A stretch of 64,000 bases of DNA from assembly GCA_016794565.1 (NCBI GenBank), contig JAEUHQ010000059.1:16723-80722 (forward strand), written 5' to 3'. The notes under the pieces were generated by a model, which made no database searches, was not told where the DNA came from, and was given only the letters and a program-made list of their open reading frames with translations. Source of the stretch: Planctomycetota bacterium. GTDB lineage: Bacteria > Planctomycetota > UBA1135 > UBA2386. Made by a program: the position numbers and the translations under genes. Below, piece after piece: positions 45,300-53,066 of the stretch. Within the stretch, counting starts at the first letter, position 1; every line of letters begins with the position of its first letter.

Positions 45300-46430
45300 T
45301 CAGTTTGCCTGCGTCGGAGTCCTGGGACCTCCGACTTCGCCGAGCACTGCGTCGACCGGTGCCTGGAGCTTGCCGTCCCTCAGCAATTGGAAAGCGACTC
45401 GTGTTCCCGGATTGGAGCGCACGATCCGGTCGTGCAGCCCCCGGGCGTCGACGACCGGTTCGCCGTCGATGCGGAGCACGATGTCTCCGCGCCGGAGTCC
45501 GGCGCGATCCCCCGGTTCGCCCTCGGCGACACGCGTGATGATCGCCCCTTCGCACGGCAACCCTGACTCGTCGAGGCCTTGGCGCGACGAGAACTCGACG
45601 CCTAGGTAGCCGCGCCGGACCCGGCCGTCCGGTTCGCGCTGCATCGCGTCGAGCGCCCACCGCAGCGAACGACTGGGCACCGCGAACGAGATGCCCTGGG
45701 CCGCCTCGGCTGCCTGGGTCGTCACGCCGACGACGCGCCCTTCGAGGTCGAGCACGGGGCAACCCGACGAACCAGGATTCACGGGCGCGCTGATCTGGAG
45801 GAAGTCCGCGGTCACACCGAGGTCGGAGCGCGGCAGGTGCCTGCCGACGAAGCTCACCACTCCCGCCGTCACGGTCTGCGAGAAGCCGAAGGGGTTGCCG
45901 ACCGCCACGATCCAGTCCCCGGCGCGCAGGTCCTCGCTGTTGCCGATCCGCAGCGCCACGAGATCCGGCGGCGGGTCGAGCAGCCTGAGAAGTGCGAGGT
46001 CCGTGGCGGCATCCTCGCCGACGAGGACGGCTGCCCGGGTTTCCTGGCGTCGCACGATCACGTCGATGGCGAGTGCGTCGGCGACGACATGGCGACTGGT
46101 GACGACGAGTCCGCGCGAATGCACGACGAAGCCCGACCCGGATCGACGGCCCTCCGCGAGGGAGGACGCCGCGAGGTCCGTTCCGTCGCGCGTCGCGGGT
46201 GCGCCCAAGTTGCTCCTCTGCGGGATCCGGGCACGCACGGTCACCACGCCGGGGCTCGCGGCTTGCACGACGTCGGCGAACGACCCGGGATGGGCCGAGC
46301 GGTTCTCCGGCGGCGCGGCCACATAGACCGCGCGCGACGCGGGCCACAGCGCACCGAGCAGGATGCCGGCGCCGAACGCCGTGGTGCCCACTGCGGCGAG
46401 GACCCGACCGGAACCGCGTTTCGCTGCCAT
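45300..46430 (-). CDS. HtrA/DegS-type serine protease with one PDZ domain
   Basis: 376 aa from ATG 46430, with an N-terminal TM anchor. The trypsin fold has TSRHVV (His), DLALLRL (Asp) and NPGSSGCPV (Ser). The PDZ has GDRAGLRRGDIVLRIDG. The 825-aa track ORF is an artefactual upstream extension. Confidence 0.9.
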   Translation of the reverse strand: MAAKRGSGRVLAAVGTTAFGAGILLGALWPASRAVYVAAPPENRSAHPGSFADVVQAASPGVVTVRARIPQRSNLGAPATRDGTDLAASSLAEGRRSGSGFVVHSRGLVVTSRHVVADALAIDVIVRRQETRAAVLVGEDAATDLALLRLLDPPPDLVALRIGNSEDLRAGDWIVAVGNPFGFSQTVTAGVVSFVGRHLPRSDLGVTADFLQISAPVNPGSSGCPVLDLEGRVVGVTTQAAEAAQGISFAVPSRSLRWALDAMQREPDGRVRRGYLGVEFSSRQGLDESGLPCEGAIITRVAEGEPGDRAGLRRGDIVLRIDGEPVVDARGLHDRIVRSNPGTRVAFQLLRDGKLQAPVDAVLGEVGGPRTPTQAN

Positions 46431-46507
46431 GGCGGTGCCGCAGTCTACTGCCGGCCGCCGATTGGGCCAGGGCCCGGTGTCGTGCGGCGGGCCGCGCATC
46501 CCGAGGG

Positions 46508-49018
46508 TCAGAACATTCCGACGGTCAGTTCGAGCACGTTGGTGGCGGTGATCGCACCGATTCCCCGGGCGTCGAACGGAATCATCTGCTGGTAGAAGGT
46601 GAGGCCGACGATCGGCGGCGAATTGGGCAGGCCCAATTGCGACTCCGCGGTCCCGTTCACGGCGAGCTCCGCGCCGAGGATCACGGGCTCGACGCCGAGG
46701 GCGCAGCCGAGTCCGCCCTGCGGCAGGATCGCCGACAGGGGCAGGCCCGGGATCAGCGGCGACAGGCCCGTCACGACCACGACGATCGCGGAGTTGGGCA
46801 GCCCGGTGCCAACGCTGCGGAGCACCCCGTCGGCCCAGGGCAGAGTCGCCACGCCGAGCATGTTGTTGCCCCCTGAACTCGGGCATCCGGGCGAGAACGT
46901 CACCGCCGTTGCCGGGCACGTCGTCGTGAGGCGTGCGATTCCGGTCGCCACGTTGTTGTCCGCGGTCGCGAATCGACCGCCGGCGATCAGTTCCGCGTTC
47001 GGCAGCGCCACGATCGACTGCACGGCGTTGTCCATGCCGGCTCCGACCGGACTCCACGCACCACCGCCCCACCGAGCGACGTTTGCCGCCGGCGCCCCGT
47101 CGGCCAGTGAGAACGCCCCTCCCGCGACCACGTCGCCGTTCGGAAGGGTGCCCATGGCGAGCACCGGGCCGTTCATCCCCGCTCCGAGGGCCGACCAGTT
47201 CGCACCGTCCCATGCCGCGATCCGATTCGCCGGCGAGCCGCCTGCGTTGGCGAACGAACCGCCGACGACGACGCGATTGCCCGAGGCGATCAAGAGTGCC
47301 TGGACATCGGCGTCGAGTCCGGCGCCGAGCGTCGTCCACGAGGCCCCGTCCCAGCGCGCGATGTGATTTGCCGGCATGCCGCCCGCGATGGTGAACGCGC
47401 CGCCCGCGATCACGTCGCCGCTGCTCGTGAGCGCGAGCGCGCGAACGATGTCGTTCACGCCTGTGCCGACCGGAGACCACACGCTCCCGTTCCAGCGCGC
47501 GATGCGACTGGCGGGCACACCGCCGGCAGTCGTGAACTCTCCGCCGGCGATGACGTCGCCGTTGCCGAGCACGAGGAGGGCGTGCACAGGCAGGTCGGTG
47601 CCGGTCCCGAGCGGCGACCACGAGACGCCGTTCCAGCGTGCGATGCGGCTGCACGGGACTCCGTCCGCCGTCGAGAACCCGCCGCCCGCGACGAGATCGC
47701 CGGAAGGAAGCGAGACGAGCGCGCTGACCGAGGCGTCCATTCCGATTCCGAGCGGGCCCCACGCCGACCCGTTCCATCGCGCGACGCGCAGCGCCGCAGT
47801 GCCGCCCGCCACGGTGAAGTCACCGCCCGCAGCGAGATCGCCGTTCGGGCGCCGTGCGACGGCGCGCACGGAGTCGTTCATTCCCGAGCCCAGGGGCAGC
47901 CAGGTGACGCCGTTCCATCGCGCGAGCCGGTTGGCCGAGAAACCGCCGGCGCTCGTGAACGTGCCGCCCGCCATCACGTCGCCGTTCGGCATCGTGGTGA
48001 GCGAGTAGGCCCAGTTGCTGAGACCGGCATCCATCGGGGCCCACGATGCGCCGTTCCACTGCGCGATCCGGTTGGCGTTCTGGTTTCCGGCGACGGTGAA
48101 GGCACCGCCGACGACGACGTTCCCGTTCGCGAGGCCCGTGAGTGTGCGTACGGCGTTGTTGACGCCGCTGCCGAGCGAGAGCCAGGCAGTGCCGTTCCAT
48201 CGCGCCACGCGACTCGCAGGTCCGCCGCCTGCCACCGTGAACGCCCCGCCGGCGTAGACGTCACCGTTGGACGCGATCGCCAGCGCGTTGACGGATCCGT
48301 TGGTGCCGCTGCCGACGACGGCCCATGAACTGCCGTCCCACCGCGCGATGTAGCTGGCTGCCGTTCCGCCCGCGGTGGTGAAGAAGCCGCCCGCGACGAC
48401 GTCGCCGCTCGGCGTGGTTGCCAGCGCGTAGACCCAGTTGTTCATCCCGGTGCCGAGGGCGGACCAGGACGTGCCGTTCCAGCGCGCGACGAACGTTGCC
48501 GGCGCACCGCCGGCGTTGACGAAGAAACCGCCGGCGACGAGATCACCGCCGGGCAGCACGGTGAGTGCGCGGACCTCGTTGTCGCAGCCCGATCCGAGGG
48601 CGGACCACGCGACTCCGTTCCATCGGGCGATCCGATTGCACGGGCTGCCACCGGCGAACGTGAACGAACCGCCGGCAACGAGTTCGCCGCTGGGCAGCAC
48701 CGTGAGCGCGACGACCGGGCCGTTGGTGCCGGAACTCAATGGTGCCCAGACGCCCGTCGCCGGATCCCACGTCGCCACGTTGTCGGCGGCGACGCCGCCG
48801 GCGGTCGCGAACGCACCACCGACGACGAGTCGCGGACCCAGCGGACCGGGGCCGTCGGGATCCCACAGCGTCGTGGCGAACACGTCTCCGCCGACGCCAG
48901 GCACGATCGGCAGCCACGGCGTCGAACACTGCGCGTCGAGGGAGGCGAGGGTGAACAGGACTGCGGGCAGAGTGGTACGTGCTGCGGACAGCACCCGAGT
49001 GCAGAGCCGGGTATGCAT
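46508..49018 (-). CDS. secreted repeat protein: 13 tandem 47-aa propeller-like repeats plus a 138-aa C-terminal domain
   Basis: 836 aa from ATG 49018, with a signal peptide (TTLPAVLFTLASLDA). The repeat is (I/V)ARW(N/D)GxxWxx(L/V)GxGxNxxVxALxxxxxGD(L/V)(V/I)AGGxFxxAGGxxAxx. The C-terminal Cys-containing domain ends ...YQQMIPFDARGIGAITATNVLELTVGMF. Confidence 0.8.
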   Translation of the reverse strand: MHTRLCTRVLSAARTTLPAVLFTLASLDAQCSTPWLPIVPGVGGDVFATTLWDPDGPGPLGPRLVVGGAFATAGGVAADNVATWDPATGVWAPLSSGTNGPVVALTVLPSGELVAGGSFTFAGGSPCNRIARWNGVAWSALGSGCDNEVRALTVLPGGDLVAGGFFVNAGGAPATFVARWNGTSWSALGTGMNNWVYALATTPSGDVVAGGFFTTAGGTAASYIARWDGSSWAVVGSGTNGSVNALAIASNGDVYAGGAFTVAGGGPASRVARWNGTAWLSLGSGVNNAVRTLTGLANGNVVVGGAFTVAGNQNANRIAQWNGASWAPMDAGLSNWAYSLTTMPNGDVMAGGTFTSAGGFSANRLARWNGVTWLPLGSGMNDSVRAVARRPNGDLAAGGDFTVAGGTAALRVARWNGSAWGPLGIGMDASVSALVSLPSGDLVAGGGFSTADGVPCSRIARWNGVSWSPLGTGTDLPVHALLVLGNGDVIAGGEFTTAGGVPASRIARWNGSVWSPVGTGVNDIVRALALTSSGDVIAGGAFTIAGGMPANHIARWDGASWTTLGAGLDADVQALLIASGNRVVVGGSFANAGGSPANRIAAWDGANWSALGAGMNGPVLAMGTLPNGDVVAGGAFSLADGAPAANVARWGGGAWSPVGAGMDNAVQSIVALPNAELIAGGRFATADNNVATGIARLTTTCPATAVTFSPGCPSSGGNNMLGVATLPWADGVLRSVGTGLPNSAIVVVVTGLSPLIPGLPLSAILPQGGLGCALGVEPVILGAELAVNGTAESQLGLPNSPPIVGLTFYQQMIPFDARGIGAITATNVLELTVGMF
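46925..48900 (-). repeat. in-frame tandem coding repeats, 141-nt (47-codon) period
   Basis: I counted 13 ARW(N/D)G-type units in the translation. Spacing between consecutive units was checked at 47 aa for one pair. The repeats are diverged at DNA level. Confidence 0.75.
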
Positions 49019-49139
49019 GGATGGTCTTTTCCCGAGGCGCGAGGGCGAGCCCGGAACATAGCACGCCGTGGCCTGCAGCTGCACGCGTCGTGCGGCCCTG
49101 GTCGCGCGGTCCATCGAATGTGGCTACGTTTCTCCCCCG

Positions 49140-50645
49140 ATGTCCGCGCTCGCCGCGTACGACCGGCTGCTGACGCAATCGCGCGAGGCGTTCCTCCTCG
49201 CCACCACGTCTGCCCTGCTCGCCTGGGATCAGGAGACGAACCTTCCGAAAGGCGCCGGGGGCGTTCGAGCGAAGCAACTCGCACTCCTCGCGCAACTGCA
49301 GCACGAACGCATGGTGTCGCCGCGGATGGCCGAGTCGCTGGCTGCGTGCGAGAGCGATGCCGACCTGCTCGCGGACGCAGAGCGCGCAGCCAACGTACGC
49401 GAACTGCGCCGTGATCACGATCGTGCGACGAAGTTGCCGGCGTCCCTCGTGGGCGAACTCGCCGAGACCGAGAGCAAAGCGCAGCACGCGTGGGCCGCTG
49501 CGCGTTCGGCGGGTGACTACCGCCGCTTCCGCCCGTGGCTCGATCGGATGATCCGTCTGCAGCGGCAGAAGGCCGACTGTCTGCGCCAGCCCGGCCAGTC
49601 GCGCTGGGATGCGCTCGCCGATCTGTACGAGCCGGGGACGACGGCCGCCGGACTCACGGCCCTGTTCGGACGGTTGCGCGAACGCCTCACGGACCTGCGA
49701 CAGAAGGCGCGGGACGGGGCGGTCGGGGACGCGTCGTTCGCGCGCGTCGAGGTCGACGAGGCGCGGCAGGAACAGTTCGTTCGAGCGGTCGTGCAGTCGA
49801 TGGGTTTCGACTTCCAGCGCGGTCGCATCGACCGCAGCGCCCACCCGTTCTGCACGACGACCGGTGACGATGTGCGCCTCACCACGCGGTTCCGTCGCGA
49901 CAACGTGCTCGACGCGCTCGGATCGACGATGCACGAGGCCGGCCATGGCCTGTACGAACAGGGGCTCGAGCCGGCACACCGCGGGACGCCGCTCGGAGAG
50001 ACGTGTTCGCTGGGGATTCACGAGAGTCAGAGCCGCTTCTGGGAGAACCACGTCGGCCGTTCTGCCGCGTTCTGGAGCTGGTGCTGGCCGCTGGCGCAGC
50101 GCACTCTCGGGACCGTGTGCAACGGTCACACCGCGGACTCGGTGTTCCGTTCTGCCAACGTCGTGCGACCGAGCCTGATCCGCGTCGAGGCCGACGAAGT
50201 CACCTACGACCTCCACGTGATGGTCCGCTTCGAACTCGAGCGCGAGATGATCGACGGCGACCTCGGCGCGCCGGACCTCCCATCCCGATGGGATCGCCTC
50301 TACGAATCGTACCTGGGCATCAGGGTCCCCGACGATCGGTCGGGGTGCCTGCAGGACGTGCACTGGTCCTGTGGGTTGTTCGGCTACTTCCCGACCTACA
50401 CGCTCGGCAACCTGTACGCGGCGCAACTGGCTGCCGCGATGGACAGGTCGCTCGGCGGTCTCGCGGAATTGTTGCGCACCGGGCGATTCGAGGTCGTCCG
50501 CGAGTGGCTGCGCCGGAACGTCCACCGCCACGGCCGTCGCCACCGGCCGGCGGAGCTCTGCCTGCTGGCGACCGGCAGTCCGTTGTCGGCGGAGCCCTTC
50601 CTGCAGCATCTCGAGCGGAAGGTCGCTGTCCTGCACCCTGGTTGA
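49140..50645 (+). CDS. M32 (Taq-type) carboxypeptidase
   Basis: 501 aa from ATG 49140. Motifs are HPF (SAHPFCTT), HEAGHGLYEQG zinc site and GIHESQSRFWEN. Confidence 0.92.
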   Translation: MSALAAYDRLLTQSREAFLLATTSALLAWDQETNLPKGAGGVRAKQLALLAQLQHERMVSPRMAESLAACESDADLLADAERAANVRELRRDHDRATKLPASLVGELAETESKAQHAWAAARSAGDYRRFRPWLDRMIRLQRQKADCLRQPGQSRWDALADLYEPGTTAAGLTALFGRLRERLTDLRQKARDGAVGDASFARVEVDEARQEQFVRAVVQSMGFDFQRGRIDRSAHPFCTTTGDDVRLTTRFRRDNVLDALGSTMHEAGHGLYEQGLEPAHRGTPLGETCSLGIHESQSRFWENHVGRSAAFWSWCWPLAQRTLGTVCNGHTADSVFRSANVVRPSLIRVEADEVTYDLHVMVRFELEREMIDGDLGAPDLPSRWDRLYESYLGIRVPDDRSGCLQDVHWSCGLFGYFPTYTLGNLYAAQLAAAMDRSLGGLAELLRTGRFEVVREWLRRNVHRHGRRHRPAELCLLATGSPLSAEPFLQHLERKVAVLHPG

Positions 50646-50718
50646 CCTCGCCCCTTGCCGAACGGCGCGCGACGACGCACAAGCCCTCCGCTGCGCCAGC
50701 CGCTATCCTCAGGTCGTC

Positions 50719-51288
50719 ATGAAGGTCCAGAGCATCCAACCGACTCCGAATCCCAACGCGTTCAAGTTCCTGGTCGACCAGCCGCTCGCGAAGAGCGGCC
50801 AGACCCTCGCCTACGCGAAGCCGGAACAGGCGCGGACCGACGTGCTCGCCCAGGGCATGTTCGCGATCCCCGGGGTCGAGACCCTCTTCTTCTGCGAGAA
50901 CTTCGTGACGGTCAGCATGACCGGCAAGGCGGACTGGCGGGCCGTCGCCGAGCAAGTGACGCGCCTGCTCGAGAGCCACATCGCCGACACGCCCGCTCCG
51001 GTCGGCGCTCCCCCGGACGCGGCTGCCGATCCGCTCGCGACGCTGCCGAGGGGCGGCGATCCGGAGGTGCTCGCGAGGATCAACTCCCTGCTCGACGACC
51101 GCGTTCGCCCGGCGCTCGCGGGCGACGGCGGCGGTCTCCAGGTCATGGGCCTCGAGGGCAAGACGCTCTTCATCCGATACCAGGGAGCGTGCGGCAGTTG
51201 CCCGAGTTCGACCAGCGGCACGCTGATGGCGATCCAGAACCTGCTGCAGGCGGAAATCGACGAGGAACTCGTCGTCACGATGTCTTGA
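50719..51288 (+). CDS. Nfu/NifU-like Fe-S cluster scaffold (Nfu_N + NifU C-terminal domain)
   Basis: 189 aa from ATG 50719. The N-domain has QPTPNPNAFKFLVDQPL. The C-domain has RPALAGDGGGLQVMGLEGKTLFIRYQGACGSCPSSTSGTL with the CxxC motif. Confidence 0.85.
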   Translation: MKVQSIQPTPNPNAFKFLVDQPLAKSGQTLAYAKPEQARTDVLAQGMFAIPGVETLFFCENFVTVSMTGKADWRAVAEQVTRLLESHIADTPAPVGAPPDAAADPLATLPRGGDPEVLARINSLLDDRVRPALAGDGGGLQVMGLEGKTLFIRYQGACGSCPSSTSGTLMAIQNLLQAEIDEELVVTMS

Positions 51289-51659
51289 GCGACACCCCCC
51301 CGAACGCGACGACGTGTCCCTGGTGCGGCCACATCGGCCCACTCGTCGCGGTCCACGGGCACGAGCAGTGCGAGGCCTGCGGAACGAACGTGACGCCCTG
51401 TTGCGGCGGGGCCGACCCTGCGACCGAAGCGGCCGCGACGCGAGTCGTCGCGAGCGGACCCGACCCGAGCTTGTTCGCGCGCGTGTTCGCGGAACTCGGT
51501 GGCGAGCACGCGACGGTCGCGACGGATGCCCTGCTGTTCGCACTCGTGCAGCGACTCGGCACCGATCTCGACGACGCGAAGATCCTCGTCGAAGCGGGTG
51601 AGCGAACGGGCGCGATCGTCGCCGCCGGGCGCGGTTGCCATCGTCTGCCCACGCGCTGA
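51285..51659 (+). CDS. small Cys-rich hypothetical protein (putative zinc ribbon)
   Basis: About 124 aa. There is no ATG; TTG 51285 overlaps the nfu stop (TTGA). It contains CPWCGH...HEQCEACG...PCCGG followed by a helical tail. Coding-like GC3 bias. Confidence 0.45.
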   Translation: MSDTPPNATTCPWCGHIGPLVAVHGHEQCEACGTNVTPCCGGADPATEAAATRVVASGPDPSLFARVFAELGGEHATVATDALLFALVQRLGTDLDDAKILVEAGERTGAIVAAGRGCHRLPTR

Positions 51660-51710
51660 GCGCGGTTGTTGACCGGTTCGCGGCAGGCGCCTACCGTGCT
51701 GCGCCCTCCG

Positions 51711-51795
51711 GCCGGAGTGGCGGAATCGGCAGACGCACAGGTTTCAAAAACCTGCGCCGCAAGGCGTGCGGGTTCAAGTCCCGCCTCCGGCACCA
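51711..51795 (+). tRNA. tRNA-Leu (anticodon CAA) with encoded CCA
   Basis: Acceptor GCCGGAG/CTCCGGC. Anticodon stem CAGGT/ACCTG with loop TTCAAAA (anticodon 51745-51747). Long variable arm (CGCCGCAAGGCGTG). T arm CGGGTTCAAGTCCCG. A73, CCA. Confidence 0.92.
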
Positions 51796-53066
51796 CGTTC
51801 CTCGGTGTGCTGGGCGGTGAGCAGTCGCGCGACTGCCTGTTCTCGCAGTAGGCGCGCCTTGTCCTCCCGGCCGAGGAGCTGCAGCACCTCGGCCAGTACC
51901 GCACAGACGGTCGGAGTGGGACCGAGTGACTCGGCCGCGAACCGTGCCGCTCGCTCTGCACGTGCCGACTCCCCCGCCCGCGCCAGTTCGCGTGCGACGA
52001 GCAGCAGCGTGCCCTGCATCGGGCACGCCTCGAGCAGTTCTCGCGGATCCAGGGCGTCCGGGTGCGCGGACAGCAGCTCCGCGATCCGGTCGAGTCCTTC
52101 CGGGGACCGGGTCGCGCCCCACGCGCGGATCGCCTGTCGCCAGTTGCCGGTCGCGCGGTGCACGTCGCCGAGCAACAACCCCGACGCCGCACTGTCCCTG
52201 TCGACCGCGCCCAGCTTCTTCGCGATCTTGCGTGCCCCCTCGTGGTCGCCGCGTTCGAGGCGACCGCGGCCTGCGGCCGAGAGCGTCTCGACGAGCCGCT
52301 GCCTCTCCCGGGCCGCCGACGAAGGCGGGGATTGTTCGGCGATGCGACCCTGAACGTCGGCCAATTCGTCGAGGTCATCCGTGTGTGCGACCAGGTCGCG
52401 GAGTTCGGCCAGCAGCAGCGGATCCTCGGGAAACCGCGCGACCGCCTTGTCCACCTCGGCGCGCAGAGCGGCCGGCAGCACTTCTCCCTGGAGCCGGAGC
52501 GCGCGAATCCGCAGCTGCGCGAGGGAGCGCCGCAGTTCGTCCGGCAAGCCGGGTTCGACGACGCGCGTGAGCCACGCGAGTCCTTCGTCGACGCGGCCGG
52601 CGTCGAGGCAGAGCCGGGCGAGCTTCAGGTTCGCGTCCTGCACGACGTGCGGGTAGCGATCGGGCGAGGGGCCGCGGTAACGGGCCACCTTCCGGAAACG
52701 CTCGCGCCCCTGCTTGTGGTCGAGACCGACGAGTGACGCCACTGCCTGGAGGTGGCGGCCGAGCGCCGCCTCGGCGCGCATGTCGCGAACGCGGCTGCGC
52801 AGCAGCCACACAGCGAACACCGCTCCCGCGGTGAACACCACGAGCAGCAGCAGGATGCGCCCCGGCATCGTCTGCAACAGCGGTTCGATCACCCGGATCG
52901 TGAGATCGATCAGCTTCAGCACGACGTCGAGCGCGGGACCGAAGAGCGCCAGGAGCAGGACGAATGGCAGCGCGATCACGAGCACGCGCAGCCAGGGGTT
53001 CTTCGGCAGCAGCGCTCGGAAGGGCGCCGACGCGATCCGACGGAACGTGTCGCCGAAGCCCATCAC
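51774..53066 (-). CDS. membrane-anchored TPR-like protein
   Basis: About 430 aa. Start is GTG 53066 or ATG 53063, overlapping the upstream stop. Two N-terminal TM helices are followed by Ala/Leu/Arg-rich TPR-like repeats. The 3' end overlaps tRNA-Leu by 22 nt on the opposite strand. Confidence 0.65.
   Translation of the reverse strand: MMGFGDTFRRIASAPFRALLPKNPWLRVLVIALPFVLLLALFGPALDVVLKLIDLTIRVIEPLLQTMPGRILLLLVVFTAGAVFAVWLLRSRVRDMRAEAALGRHLQAVASLVGLDHKQGRERFRKVARYRGPSPDRYPHVVQDANLKLARLCLDAGRVDEGLAWLTRVVEPGLPDELRRSLAQLRIRALRLQGEVLPAALRAEVDKAVARFPEDPLLLAELRDLVAHTDDLDELADVQGRIAEQSPPSSAARERQRLVETLSAAGRGRLERGDHEGARKIAKKLGAVDRDSAASGLLLGDVHRATGNWRQAIRAWGATRSPEGLDRIAELLSAHPDALDPRELLEACPMQGTLLLVARELARAGESARAERAARFAAESLGPTPTVCAVLAEVLQLLGREDKARLLREQAVARLLTAQHTEERGAGGGT

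Noticed and set aside
45300-47777. 825-aa version of the HtrA ORF
   Set aside because: The upstream 449 codons run out of frame through the propeller-repeat gene and are Arg-rich. The protease begins with a TM anchor at ATG 46430.
46599-48328. Periodic plus-strand ORFs and a ~141-nt periodicity that could suggest a CRISPR-like or satellite array
   Set aside because: The period equals 47 codons of the minus-strand repeat protein. The units are diverged, contiguous and in frame, with no repeat-spacer architecture. The plus-strand ORFs are antisense shadows.
48543-50636. 697-aa minus-strand ORF
   Set aside because: It is antisense to the M32 carboxypeptidase gene (HEAGH, HPF and HESQSRFWEN motifs on the plus strand).
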